Below, piece after piece: positions 24,449 to 38,762 of a stretch of DNA of 64,000 nucleotides (the stretch's first letter is position 1; each line of letters starts with the position of its first letter). The notes beneath the pieces were generated by a model. That model saw only the letters and a program-made list of their open reading frames with translations, was not told the DNA's origin and ran no database searches. Source of the DNA: Azolla caroliniana (Eukaryota > Plantae > Polypodiophyta); assembly GCA_043228905.1 (NCBI GenBank), contig JBHGNT010000006.1, positions 19,654,001 to 19,718,000 of the forward strand, in the 5' to 3' direction. The position numbers and the translations under genes were made by a program.

Positions 24449-27400
24449 TGAAGGACAGATATGCATGCGGAAACGTATGTGAGGACATATCGGTTATGCT
24501 CGGCAAACAACACAAAAGGAGGGCAAGACGATATAGACAGATGTTAGATACATAGATGAAGCTTTAATGGAAGCTCTCTTTATTTCTGTTCTCTCTCTCT
24601 CTCTCATAGACACTGTACAGGATGATCAAAAGGATATTCCTTTATGAAGTTATGTTATCGCTTATATACTAAGCCCTAACTATATGGACGAGTTCACACT
24701 AGGGTACAAAGTGGAAGGAATCAGCCTTTTATACCAACAAACTCCCCCGTAAAAGGACTACTCTTTCCTACATGTACATGTGTTTGGGGTTGTCTCCCCC
24801 GTAAACCTAGATTACGACACTAATCTAAATTTATGTTACACGGTAGTCGGCATATAGTTGAGTTGACATAGGTGAGGTCCGTGTCGAGCTTAGCATGGCT
24901 CATTATCATGATTGATTTGGTCAACTCTTACCTTCTGCTCCTCATTCGGCTTTCTTCTACTCGGTCACTTGTCATGGTCCCATCTTTGTCCTTAGTTCTC
25001 TAAAGCGTTGAGCTGGGAGTGGCTTCGTCAGGCAATCAGCGATGTTCACCTCGATGTCAATCTTCCGGACTTCGAGCCTCTTCTCAGTTATGAGCTCTTG
25101 GATGTGATGATATTGTGCCTAGATGTGCTTCATCTTTCCGTGATAGACGGTATTGTTAATGAGGTGAGTTGCGCTCTGTGAGTCGTAATAGATGGTCGGC
25201 GTTGGTCGGTCGATTTGGCTTGTAGTTGAGAAGTTGGCAGACAGTCGGTGCAACCAGATCGCTTCCTTCGCTGCCTCCAATGTTGCTATGTACTCAACCT
25301 CTGTGATCGACACGGTCATGCACTCTTGAAGCTTCGACCTCCATGATATCACACCGCCACCATAGGTGAAAATATAGCTTGATGTTGACTTCCAATTGTC
25401 CATATTTCTAGCATAGTCAGAGTCAGTGTAGCCGTCGACTTCGACTGAGGTTGTCAAACTGAAAGTGAGTTGTGTATCTTCGGTTCCTCTCAAGTACCTG
25501 AAGATGTGCTTGACGACCTCCCAATGCTTCCGTCCTGGCTTTGACATGTACCGGTTGACCACCCCTACGGCATAGGCTTGGTCGGGTTTGGTCACCACCA
25601 TTGCATACATGATACTTCCTACGGCCGATGCATAGGGAATCTTTCCATTAAGCTCTCTCTCCTTGTTCGTTGAAGGAGAGTCTCTGTCCGATAGTCGGAT
25701 CGACGTCGGAAGTGGTGTTGGTCCTGGCTTCGCATTCTGCATGTTGAAGCGCCTCAGCACCTTCCGGATATAGTCGGACTGGGAGAGTCTGAGAGACTTG
25801 GTCATCCAATTTCGCTCTATCCTCATGCCCAATATGTGACGGTCTTGTCCGAGTTCCTTCATCGCGAACTTGTCGTGAAGGCTCCGCTTTAGCTTCCTTA
25901 TTTCTGTTTGATTGCTACCTGCAATCAACATGTCTTCGACATATAGGATCGGGTAAATCCTAGACTCGTCGGCCAGTTGCCAAATGTACATGCATGGGTC
26001 GAAGTCTGATCGGCGGTATCCAAGCTGCCTAATGTAGGAGTCAAACTTCTTGTACCACATCCTCGGCACTTGTTTCAAGCCATAGAGACTTTTCTTTAGT
26101 TGACATACGAGGTGACTTTCCTCCCCCTTCGTCGTGAAGCCTACCGGCTGAGACATGTAGATGTCTTCTTCCAGATCTCCGTGTAGGAATGTCGTCTTTA
26201 CATCTAGTTGCTCTAGCTCTAGGTGTTCTATCGCCACGACTCCTAGTAAGAGTTGGAGGGTGGTCATCTTGACTACGGGTGAGAATATCTGGTCGTCGTT
26301 GACCCCATGTTCTTGTTTGAACCCTTTCGTGACAAGCCGAACTTTGTACTGGGGTTTCTCTAAGTCAGATACATAATTGCATCGGAAAACCCATTTGCAA
26401 GTTAGCGACTTTCTTCCTGCAGGTAGTTCGACTAGTTCCCATCTCTGATTCTTGTGAATCGAGTCCATTTCAGATTTCAGTGCTTGGTTCGCCTGCATTG
26501 GTGTAGTTTACGTAGTCAAGGCCCGATTGATAACTCTATTGGCCTTCGAGATCCTCTAGATCTCCTAGGTGCCGAGATAAGTGGTTCGGATTCTTCGATT
26601 GGCTCTGTTGGTCGATCGGTATGTGTTGAACCATTTGTGTCAGGAGTCTCATTAGGTGACCCGCCCCCAAGTCGGGAGGTGTCACATTATCCTCCCCTAT
26701 GGACTTTGTCTACTCAGTTCTGTTTCCTACTCACATCTTGTTGACTTTGACTTGTTCGACTCTTGTCGAATCGGCTCTATCTTTGATGGCTTTGTCTTTG
26801 AGTTCGACTATTGGACCTGTTACCGATTCGGAGTTGGTAGGTATATTGTTGTCTTGTTTGAGTTCGACTATTTGTCAAATCTCTAAGTCGACCCGGTGGG
26901 TCGGTCCTTCTACAACATCTCTGTCATCTTTGAAGGATACCTTTTACCAACTATTTTTTGTTGGTTCCGTTAAGAGAAGATAGAGTCTTCATTGAAGCCT
27001 ACGTCACTGCCGGATTAGTTTCTAGTTCTCAGGATCCCATAGCTGGTAGCCGAAGTCCCTATCGGTTCCATAACTAAGAAATATGCATTTCGTCGCATGG
27101 GGTGCCAACTTGGTCCTTTTCTCCCTAGGGATGAATGCGTAGGCTTCGTATCCGAATACACTTCGAGCCTGATTGCTTTTGACGATGGTAGATTTTCCAA
27201 GTATATTGTCGTATGCAAGGCCTTAGCCCAAAACGCCAACTTCAGTCCAACTTGTTGGAGCATTGCCGTCACCCTCTCCTAGATTGTTCGGTTGATCCAT
27301 TTTGCATGAGTATGTAAGGAACGGTTTTTTTATGCCGGATCCCTTTGTTGGACAAGTATTGCTTGAAGGTTCTGGAGGTATATTCTCCTTTGTTGTCGGA

Positions 27401-28946
27401 TCTGAGTGTCTTCACTATGTATCCCAACCGAATCTCCACTTCAGATATCCATCAAGTGAAGACCTCGAGTAGATCGTCTTTGGACCTGATGGAGTAGGCC
27501 CAGATCTTCCATGTACACTCATCTACAAAGGTCATGAAGTATCAGGAGCCTCCTAGTGATCGCTCTGGCATGATATATCTATGTGCACGAGTTCTAGGAG
27601 TTGTTGTATCGTCTCGTAGTGGAGAGCATGCAGACCTCGGGTCTGTTTCCCATATCGACAATGCTCGCAAAAGTTCGTCTTTGTTTGGAGTTTAGGGATG
27701 TAGCCGACCGCCATCAGCCGATCGAGTCTAGCTTGAGACATATGATTGAGTTGGCCAAGCCATAGGTTTGGGTCCGTCTTTTCGGCTACATTCACGGCCC
27801 CTTCTAGATTGATCGCCATTAATGGGTACAAGTTATTATACTTGTGCCCGCCTCCTATCTCTAGGTTTCCTCGGCTAATCATCCATACCGACTCACTTAG
27901 AGTCATTTTGTACCCGTCTTCGGCTAGCATGCTGATGGAGACCAGACTCCTTTTGAGATCAGGTACGTGCTGAACTCGGTGATCATGTTGCCCACTGGCA
28001 ACATGATCAGGTACGTGCCGAACTCGATGTCGAACTCGGTGATCATGTTGCTAGTGGTCAATCAGATGGGAACTTCTCCGGTCCTCTGATTTTGCACTCT
28101 TGCCCATTGGCTAGTCGGACTGTGCCGCTGGCGTCGGCTGAATAGTTCGCAAACCATTCAATGTTGGGGGTCACGTGGAATGTGGCACCGGAATCCAGTA
28201 GCTGGATCGGTCTCTCCCATCTTCATGTTGAACAGTTGTTTGATCAAGATCAATTTCGAAGATGAGGACTTTTTCTCGTACACAGCTTGTAGTTTCTTCC
28301 ATAATGTGAACGTTGTCGTCTCTTTTGCCATGCTGAAGTAGACGTTTTCAACTAGGTGCATTCGAATGGTGGAGCATGCGATTTCGTCCATTGATCTCCA
28401 CTCATCGGTTGAAATTGAAGCAAGATTTTCGGAGTGTCGAATGGCCTCAACCTGCCTTCGAATAATCAGTATATCCTGCATCATCTCCTTCCATAGGGCA
28501 AAGTTTTTGCCGTCGAATTTTCAGATCTCAACTCCTGTACCGAATGTTGATGCCATGATTCTTTTGAAAGTGAGATTTGCTAACTTGGTCTTTGTCCTTT
28601 CATTTCATTTTATTTTTGTTGTTTGTTGCCGCCGAGCCGCGGATCACTTTGATACCAGTTGAAGGATAGATGCGCGTGCGGAAACGTATGTGAGGACCTG
28701 TTAGTTATGCTGAGCAAACAACACAGAAGGAGGGCAAGAATAGACAGATGTTAGATACACAAATGAAGCTTTAATGGAAGCTCTCTTTATTTATATTCTC
28801 CCTTTCTCTCTCAAAGACACTATATAGGATGATCAAAAGGATATTCGTTTACGACGTTAGGTTATCGCTTATATACTAAACCCTAACTATATGCACGAGT
28901 TCACACTAGGGTACAAAGTGGAAGGAGTCGGTCTTTTATACCAACA
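24449..28946 (-). mobile_element. Ty1/copia element, decayed and internally deleted in gag, with two LTRs
   Basis: LTRs at 24449-24739 and 28660-28946. PBS TGGTATCAAAG (iMet type) at 28647-28657 and PPT at about 24740-24748. Gag 28158-28560, GAG-pre-integrase 27553-27930, RT/RNase H 25119-26498. No matching TSD. Confidence 0.92.
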
Positions 28947-29400
28947 ATATCTAGTTGACCTTCCAACTCCATACAATGTATCGAGTTGGGTCTCCGATCT
29001 GAGTTGAGGCTCATAGGTGCCCTAACTCAATACATTGCATCCAGTTGAAGCTCCTAGGTGCACCAACTCGATACAGTGTATAGAGTTGAAGTCCCAAGAG
29101 CCTTGACTCGATACAATGTATCGAGTTGACTTTCTAACTCGATACATTGTATCGAGTTGTGATAAAAAAAAAAGAGTTTTCAACATCAATTTGATACAAT
29201 GAATCGAGTTCATGTTTAAAGAGTAAGTTTTTTTAAACATGAACTCAATACATTTGTATCAAATTGATGTTGAAAACTCTCTATTTTCATCACAACTCAA
29301 TACAATGTATTGAGTTCATGTGCTTTGAGTTTTCTTTTTGAAAACTTTACACACAAACTCGATACATTGTATTGAGTTGTGATGAAAATGTATCGAATTC
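28947..29400. repeat. Array of the 25-bp palindrome (right part, about 10 copies)
   Basis: Same unit as 23920-24448, e.g. at 29064-29088 and 29135-29159. Confidence 0.9.
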
Positions 29401-29780
29401 ATCTGTCAAGTTTTTTTTTCCGAAAAAAATAATAATTTAATATGAATTTGTTACATTTTATAGATTGTACTAAATTCTCAGTTTTAAAAATAATTGTATC
29501 AATGGTAATTTGACCTTGGAAATGTCGTTTACATGGTCTATACAATATTCGTGTGGTTCTCAATCACCACTTCAAGCATCTAATGTTGATCTTGATAGTT
29601 TGTCCATCCACAAGAGAGAAACATTTACGTGGGACCAAGGATGACAAAACGAGCAAAACTCCAGTGGATCTGGCTAGATACACTAACAAAAGTTGGACGT
29701 TTAAGGAAGTCAATGATAGCCATAATAAAAGAGAAATTACCAAGTGTAGAAGGTGTCTTAGATTGAAGGCGAACTTGATT

Positions 29781-30298
29781 TAGTGCAGATAATTTGGAGA
29801 CATCATTTGGTTTTAGATAATGAAAATGCTTTGATTGGTACATTTGAAAATGAGTCTGAGGAATAGTCACAATTGTATATTAGCTATAGTTGTGACTCTC
29901 ACGAAAGTAGTGATCACAATGATGCAAATAACTCCTAAATGTATATTTTGTGGAACAATATATAACAGATTTAGACAACATTTTATCAAATGATATAAAA
30001 AAGTTGATTATTTTAAAATATTTTCCTTATGATTTCTTTATAGTGCAAATAATTTGGAGACACAATTTGGTTTTAAATAATGAAAATGCTTTGATTGGTA
30101 CATTTGAAAATGAGTCCGAGGAAGAGTCACAATTGTATATTAGTTATAGTTGTGACTCTCATGAAAGTAGTGATCATAGTGATGCAAATAACTCCTAAAT
30201 GTATATTTTGTGGAATGATATGTAACAGATTTAGACAACATTTTATCGAATGATATAAAATAGTTGATTATTTTAAAATCTTTTCCTTAAGATTTCTT
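29781..30298. repeat. Tandem duplication of about 259 bp
   Basis: TAGTGCAGATAATTTGGAGACA...GATTTCTTTA occurs twice, starting at 29781 and 30040. Confidence 0.9.
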
Positions 30299-30514
30299 TA
30301 AGATCTAAAAAATATTAGTTGTAATTTCTCCTTAAAAATACACAATGTAACTTTTCGTATTTGGCCAAAATTTGGCATTTTTCAATTTTACCAAATGCTG
30401 AAAATTTCAGCTTTTTCATCAAGTTTTCGAGAACACGTCGATATCTTGATATGCCAATTTCCAGTTTGGGATTTACAAATCATGGCACTTATTGTAAAAG
30501 AAGAGGGATGGTAG

Positions 30515-31510
30515 CAGTGTTGCCTTTTGACGGCTAACATTGCCTATCATGAGAACGATATTCCAAAAAAATTGCCCGTCAAATGACGGTTTGTCAAAAA
30601 AATTGCCCTTCAAAAAGTAAATACATCGAATATTCATACTAAACAATATATTATACCCTTCTATCCTTTGCATCATTCCAAATTTCATATACACGATCCC
30701 ATTGTATTTCTTCAATGTGTGGCCCATTCAATGAGACTCACATTAAATCATCTAAATGTTCTATATTCAGTCGATTTCTTTTCATCTCTTTGATGAGATT
30801 TTGCTTAGAGAACCCTCTCTCACACGAAACCGTGCTAGATGAAATAACCAAAGTAGCATGCACATACACCAAGCTTCATGCATAGTATAACCTTCACAAT
30901 TTAAACATAAAGTGTCAACAAACCTATAGAGTTCCATTCACAAGCCTTTGCATCATGTAAAAATTGAAGACATGCATTCACATCAACATTTGGTTGTAAG
31001 TGAGAAATCAAAATTCCCAACCATGCCTTTGCTTTACTATCCCTAATCACATCATCCTCTACATAATGGCATGGGTTGAATAATTTTGCTGCATTGAAGA
31101 GGTCTAAATCAGGGAATCTTGCATTTAGTCCATCAATAATCTTTTGCACATAATTTTGAGATAGTTTAATACAACTTTCAAGTGATTCATCTATAAATGC
31201 GTCATTCCCTTAGATTTTTCAATATTGAGATTCTTATCATTATGACTTGCTTTATCCATGGGAATTTGTTTGAAGTATAGTTCATGTCTATATGTAATGC
31301 CATCTTTATCCTCTATTTCCAAAAACCCAACTTTAGAACATCTTAAGAACTTGGATAAATACATTGCTCCATCCGCAAATGTGTTATTTCTCAAGAAAGA
31401 CCTCCGCAAATTAGAAATAGTAATATCAATTTCTACACCAATTGAAGTTACATCGAAATTCTCTTTTTGAAGTTTCAAGCTCAAAATATTCATCAAATGC
31501 AACACATTCT
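30515..31510 (-). mobile_element. hAT transposon 3' fragment (C-terminal dimerisation region)
   Basis: ISSSTVSCERGFSKQNLIK..RNRL at about 30720-30860, plus LNARFPD..LF and LMNILSLKLQKE. CAGTGTTGCC at 30515 resembles a hAT terminus. Confidence 0.75.
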
Positions 31511-31519
31511 TTTTTCTTT

Positions 31520-32460
31520 GTACTTGATATCAAGGTTATGAGTTCAAGGCTCACAAATGTTGTTTGATATAATATGTGAGAAGTGTGCCAACAAGTGGTC
31601 CCATGCAGCTATCGATTCAGCCTTCGTGGATAGAACTAGGAGCAGGATATGGAACTCATCCCTTCCCGAGCGGATCAAAGTGTTTTTCTGGTTAATCACC
31701 CATCAGGTTGTTCCAACTGGAGAGTGGCTTGGGAATAGAGGCAGCATGATTGGTTGCAAGGCCTGTAGTGCGAGCTTGGAGGACATTGCTCATTGTTTGT
31801 GGTGTTGCCCTCAAGCGCAAGAAATTTGGTTGAGGAGCTTAAGAATCTTGGCTCGGTTCGGGGTTGAGGTTCATGTATCGAGCGCAGCAATCACTTGGTT
31901 GGCCATTGAATCGGCCTCGTGGTTTCAAGGGTGGAATGGAAACAGTCCTTCTTTAAAGGTGATGCAAGGACTGTGCAACCAGCGCAAGGAGGTTTATTCT
32001 TCTTACAAGAACGCTGCGTGGACATATGGGTATTAGTGGTCGGCCTTACGGTCTGGCAAGTGTGGGTATCTAGGTGCAAGGAGACCTTCGCAGGTAAACG
32101 AACCCCACTGGCTGAGAATCTAATGATGATCTGGTTCAATCTTATTTCTACGTTGCGAGGTGAGTTTGAAAGTCTTCAAGGGCCATCTGACGCAAGTGAA
32201 GAAACGAGAGCTCGTTTCTTGCTGAAATGGAGCGGTTCGTCGATGCTACAGATAATGGATGGTAAAGTGAAGTGGAATTATCAACCACCACGGTGGTTGT
32301 TCCCTCCAAGTGTACCTAACATCTAGATGGGTGCTGCCATGAGGAGCGAATGGAGGACATCTACGCTGAATTCTGCTAGTATGAGGCTCACGTGGAGAAT
32401 ATGCGTTCGAGTAATGTTATACACATCGAATGATGTGGTGCTTTGGAGTTGTTTTTTTGT
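31520..32460 (+). mobile_element. 5'-truncated L1-clade LINE (ORF2 C-terminus, zf-RVT)
   Basis: ORFs 31557-32036 and 31919-32326 (frameshifted): IWNSSLPERIKVFFW, CKAC..E..AHCLWCC, WNYQPPRWLFP. Homologous to 9119-9889. Confidence 0.88.
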
Positions 32461-35400
32461 TGTTTTATCTACACATATTGTTTTCCTTTGACATGCAAGA
32501 TGTCTTATAAGATATGATTTGTAAATTATCCTTTGTACATTGCTTAACTAATGGAAGTAGTTTTTTTTTTGGAAAAAAAATAAAAATAAAAATATTTGAG
32601 TTTGTTTTCATACTGTCAAGCAATTGCTTCACCACAACATTACATAATGTTTTAATATTACGCTCGTCAACATGGTTCATGGTATTCATTGAAATCATTG
32701 TAACTTTCAACATGATCATTATTGTAGCCATTATCATGATAACTAGATGGTGAACATGCATAGCATTTAGGGATGGTAAAGATTAAAGGGTTCTAGTGTG
32801 GACAAAACATTTTGGCCCAATGTCAATCTTCAATTAGTATGTTCAAAATTGCTCTTATAATTTCTATGATTCTTAAATATGATACATCTCCTTTCTTATT
32901 TTCCTTCTTTGCCAATTGAGTATTCTTTTGGCTTTGTCTTTGACACATGCCAAGTGGCTACTATGAATTAAGGCTTAGGTAGGGAGTATCGTATGAACCA
33001 TACATATCATATGCGCATTTGCATTTGCGAATGTTTTAATCATTCGAGTATGATAACACCCTCAAAAAATGATAAATACCATATTTTTGGATTAACTATT
33101 TATTATGAGGTAAATAAACCTATAAAAGGAAAAAAAGAAAAAGAAAACTTAAAAAAAGGTGAAAGAAACAAAAAAAAAACACAAGAATGTTTGAAAATGT
33201 AGGAAAATGACTCTTATGCTAGGCGAACACGAATTTTATGTACTATGGTAGGGAGTATGCATTCATGCTAGTTAGTGAAATGTGCATAAAAGTTGTTATA
33301 TATAATGAAGTTTCCAAAATGAATATTTGTTTTGGGTTTGACTTGACTACAACAATCCAAATCGATAATTTTATATCGACCAATATTAAAATATCAATTT
33401 CTTGGCTACTAAAAGGCTTTCCAAACTCCAATCTAAATTACATTAATGACAAGCAATATAACTACATTCAAACTCACACTAATCTTAATCACATTAATGG
33501 AAAAAATATTAACTACATTTCAATTCACGATATATTAAATAATAATGAATTAAACATATCATCATTCTATAAAAACATTACAAATAAATTCCAAGTCATG
33601 GGTTGTGGCAATATATAAGTCTGTAATATATAAGCTATTAAAATTAACACTAGTGATTGGTGGCATAAGGACCTAAGTCATACTTTTGGTCATTGCATAG
33701 TCATTAATATATAGATACTTATTTTGATTTTTTATTATAATACTTAGAGAATCCAACCATACACAATTGGGTTAGTTGATATTAACATACTATTTGTGTG
33801 AAGATTAGTGTAGACATTCTGTTGGGTTGGGTCAATGTCACCACCTTGATAATCATGAGTTCCCAATCCTAGATGATCATGGCAATGATGGGGTTGAAAA
33901 TATACATGTATTCGTGTCATCCACATCTCAAGATGATTGCGACAATGACTAGGCCAGAAATATAATGTTTGGGTGACAAATTGTGATATACTTACAAGCA
34001 CATCTCTTATTGTTTTTGTTGAAACATGGTCCATTAAATGGAGTGTGTTGTTATTCATATTTATTGGCATATCATGACGATCCTCAATGACTAATCTAAT
34101 ACCATGATGCAATTGATTTGTTTCAATATAATGACCAACATTGTCATTCAATAAGATTTTGGAATTGGGCACAACCTGAGCGCGATTTGCGTGCCACTTC
34201 ATCATCGTCTTTAAACTGACGTAAAGTTGTGGCAGTGATGATTGGAGATGGCCAACAACGTATATTTGCTAAAATTAATGAAATTCTTTATAAGTACATT
34301 TACATCAATTTACATTGAATAGTCATGATAGAGCTAGTGTTCTTAGTTTATTTATTCTTAGTCATAGAATAAACCTTATAGATTTAATATTGTCATTTTT
34401 TCAATTTCCTTGAATTACTAATAGAGACACCATGGACATTAGCACAATGTGTCGTGGTCAACAACATTGTTGGATTGGGATCATAAAAATGATATAGATT
34501 ATAGGGACAATATGACAATTATTTTCTTAGTGTAAACCTAGTGTCTTTTAACTAAAAAGAACTAGATCTAATGGTTTTGACCCGTGGGATAGATGCACTA
34601 CTCTAGATTCTAACAATACTACCCTTATATGAAAAAATTATTCATACTTAAACACATCAATGATGCCATTGCAACATGTTTTGTTGACAATCCCCCTTCT
34701 GTAGCATAAGTGTTATGATGCCTTTCGTCAACTAATGTTGTGTTGCACCTCAATATGGTCTTTTAACTAGCTCAAGTTAACTTTTAACAACATGGGATGT
34801 CTCTTTCTAGTTTCCCTATAAGTGGCATAAACTCCAAGTCACTTTTAATAGCCCATGTGGGCACCAAACATATATATCTCTTTCTAATCTCCCTATTGGT
34901 TAATTTAGGTCAAAAAATGAAAAAAAAAGTAAACATTAAATAGTTGTGTGTCACACTTCTCCTTTTGTCATGCCCCCCCTCCCTCTTATATACACACACT
35001 TCAAGCTTATATATCACACTCATCTTAAACACAAATATTCTTATATGACTACTATTTCTTATTTCTTTCTTTCGTTGCTTAGTACACACATTGTCTCTTG
35101 CACAATGATTAAGGTTTTTCTAGATGTTATATTCATTCATTGTTATAAGAATATTGTGTAGTAGTCTTGTTTATTAACTAATGTTGCTGAAACATATTTT
35201 GTTTATTCAAAACTAGGAGTAAAAGACCTTCACTAACCTGTTGTAATAAGTCGGTACATATATCACAATGATGTAGGCATAACTTTGGGGATCATGTTAA
35301 ATATGTTTATTGATGAAGGATATTGACTGCTTATGTTACTATACATATATAAGAAGGATGCAGGAGTCTTAATTAGATCATAATCACAAACAAAATACTA

Positions 35401-37459
35401 CGAGAGGGAGCATTACAATGTTGCTCAAAGAAATGTTGTTTAATAAAATGGATCAAGCTAATTCACTAAGTTGAAAATTACTCTTGAGTCTTCATCCAAG
35501 ATAATTAGACTTATATAGTCCTTTAAAAGTACATCGCATCATAGCCCTTCACTAGTTACTAGCCTATATATGCTATCAGATATATCTCAGTCCCAAAAGA
35601 ATTACAACATTATATATAGTTCTAACTCATTAAACCAAATATAAACATTATAAACATTGTTAATGTAACATGTTGACCATATCTATGACTTCTATCAATG
35701 CGAGAGGGGTCCCTATCAATTCCCTACCAATACTTTCCTCTTCCCCCATTCCCTTCTTACATTATCTTAGTTGTATTGCAATCCATGGCTTGTAATAATT
35801 TTTCTTTACATCCTTATGATTCCCTTGTGATCTTATTCTAGTTCCCTTAGCATAAGTAGAGCAAGTAAGATTTGATATGCCCATTGACTCTTTATTCTTT
35901 CATGTTGGAAGAGAACAACCTCCATTCAACATCTCATTTAATATGAGAATTAAAGGAAATCTTACCTATCGAAACTCTATGTAGTCAATTAAAATTGGAT
36001 ATTGTCTTTGTAAGCATAAATCTAGATAACTAAAATGATTATTTATAGCTATATCCTAGATATATGTACCCTCCCATGCAAAAGAAAAAACAAACTATTA
36101 AGCCATGTTTCTTACTAAGTCTCCTTTATTACGTTCTAGTTGCTCCAATGAACATATTTGAATACATAGGTTATAAAGAAAAGTTTCTTTAGTCATCCAT
36201 TGACATGAATCTAGTTCTTATGTGTTGACTCACATTACACTATTAAAGTTGTAAAAGTGTTAATATTAGTTATTGTTTTTGCAAAAAGAAGTAATGATGG
36301 TGCCTACCAGACGTGTTTTTAGTGGCTTGCAAGAAACGGCAACAAGGGGACAATGTAGATCAACAAACATGATTATGTTCCACAAAATATTGTACAATGT
36401 GGATTTTTGTTTCCATTGCATCACATTGTAGGTTTTGGTTTCATATATTGAAAACAAGTAGTAATTTGCCAAAGGAATCAATAGAACACATGAAAATCTA
36501 ATTGTGTTCTCTTTGATAACTTTGTGTCCATAATCTTGCAAGAGAAACAATCATAATTATGATGGTTTTCTTTTAGAAAAGGTAATCATAAGAATTAGAT
36601 AATAAAATCAACCATGCGGTCAAAGAGAGAAAACATATCTCCCACTTTATTAAGGAATATGTTGGAGTTAATTGCATAATTTAATTTCACAAATGAGAAG
36701 TGGGCCTTCACATGTGTGTGTGTAAGACTCATCATATGCATCAAATTGTAAAGGAAAACTTTTCAATTGAAGACCATAAGCTTGTATTCCTTGGTTTGTA
36801 TTAGTTGTAATAGTGGTTCTACCTTTTGTATTTTGACAATTTATCACCTTATACCTCTGGTAAAAATTATTCTCTTCAAAATTGAGCATTCATTCGGAGT
36901 GTTAAGTCATTACCTTATGATTAGTGTGGTGAGTGTAGGCTAGTATTGTCACTAGTGTACCATTAGCATTATACTTATTGTTAATTACAAGTATTGATAT
37001 CTTGATTAGTCACTAAAGTAAAACACAATAATGCTAACGAGTAGTTTTTTGTCCCCTCTATCAATAGGTCGGATTGCATCTCTCTTACCTATGATTTAAT
37101 TGATTTTATCGCACCCAAGATTTTGTGGAAAATCCCAAGATCTCGTTTTAAGAATGCAAGATATATCTACTGTTGAAAAGAAGGGCATTCACTCACATGT
37201 TTAGAAACACGAAGGGTAGGATTGACACTACCTAATATGAGTGTTGTTGATATTTCATGAAATTATATTTAGTTGGGGCCTCTTATTTGCACATGCCCTG
37301 AAACTTCTTGTCAAATTTCAGAACAACATTTGTACTCGAAAAACTATAATTTGAGGTTGGAGCATTATAGCACTTTCAAGTAATCCAATGTGGTTGATTC
37401 AAATATGAATAGATTACAAGAATATCTTTTTCTTTTCACCTACTAGAAGCCTACACTCA

Positions 37460-37690
37460 TCTCCAATGAATAGATATTGTCAGCACAAGGTAAGAACGCA
37501 TCTAATATAGTTTCTATTTAGTTATAAGCGTGCTAGGATGTTTTACATCCAATGAATAGATATTGTCAGCGCAAGGTAAGAACACATCTAGATATAGATG
37601 TTTTACATCCAATGAATAGATATTATCAGCGCAAGGTAAGAACGCATCTAGATGTAGTTTCTATTTAGTTATAAGCTTGCTAGGATGTTT
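37460..37690. repeat. Short tandem repeat, 3 copies
   Basis: TCCAATGAATAGATATTGTCAGCGCAAGGTAAGAACGCATCTA at about 37461, 37548 and 37608. Confidence 0.85.
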
Positions 37691-38014
37691 GTTTTTTAAA
37701 AAGATATTGTTGATCTGCACAACTGACAACTGTAACCAACAAACACAATGGGTCGAACATTCTATCACCAAACCATTCTATCAAGATGATTGTTGTTGGA
37801 GGAATGGTGTTTGCCAACTGTGGATTGCGCTTACTCAAAATAGTAAACACAGATCTACTTACTGTAAAACATAATAGTAACTTGATCGATTATTGGGTGA
37901 AAGCATGCGAGTGGAAACAATTAGCTATGCCCTTGACATAGCTAATTAGCTATGGAAATAGCTACCAGTGATAAATAGCCATTTTTGCACCATGAATGAA
38001 AACATTTTACCACA

Positions 38015-38762
38015 ATTCGATCCGACGGAGTTCACTCCTCCATTGTCGCCATTCTACACTTAGTTTCCGCCACTGTTCGGTCCAAGCATCATTTACCACT
38101 GTTCGCTTCTGTTGAGTTCACTCCTCCATTGCCTCTATTCTACACTTAGTTGCCGCTATTGTTCGGTCGTGGATTGATGCCACTCTCTGATCCAACGGAG
38201 TTCACTCCTCCTCCACTACCGCCATTCTACACTCAGTTGTCGTCACTGTGTGTTCTAAGCATCATCAACCACTATTCGATCTGATGGAGTTCACTCTTCC
38301 ATTGCCACTATTCTACACTCAGTTGCCTCCTCTGTTCGGTCCAAGCATCATTTGCCATTGTTCACTCCTATTGAGTTCACTCTTCCATTGCCGCCACTGT
38401 TCGGTCCAAGCTTTATCTTCCATTGTTTGCTCCTATTGAGTTCACTCCTCCATTGCCACCATTCTACACTCAGTTGCCGCTACTATTCAGTCGTGGATTG
38501 TTGCCATTGTTCGATCCGACGGAGTTCACTCCTCCTCCACTGCCGCCATTCTACACTTGCCACCAATGTGTGTCCCAAGCATCATCTGCCACTATTCAAT
38601 CTGACGGAGTTCACTCCACCATTGCCACTATTCTACACTCAGTTGCCTCCATTGTTCGGTCTTGGATTGCAATAACTGTTTGATTTGACGGAGTTCACTC
38701 CTCCATTGCCACCATTCTACACTTAGTTGCTGTCACAATTCGGTCCTGGATTGCAATAACTG
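38015..38762. repeat. Degenerate minisatellite with core GAGTTCACTCCTCCATTGCCRCCATTCTACACTCAGTTGCC
   Basis: About 9 copies with alternating linker types. The plus strand reads EFTPPLPPFYTQLPPLF. Confidence 0.88.

Noticed and set aside
23920-29400. CRISPR-like look (palindromic repeat plus spacers)
   Set aside because: Spacers are only about 6-16 bp and are reused, there are no cas genes, and the context is eukaryotic TEs.
30505-32780. GGGATGGTA at about 30505 and 32770 as a possible hAT TSD
   Set aside because: There is no inverted copy of CAGTGTTGCC next to the second site and the match is imperfect, so it may be chance.
32460-37450. Scattered ORFs of 60-150 aa in an AT-rich stretch
   Set aside because: No recognisable domain, consistent splice structure or termini by eye. 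A translated database search would be needed.
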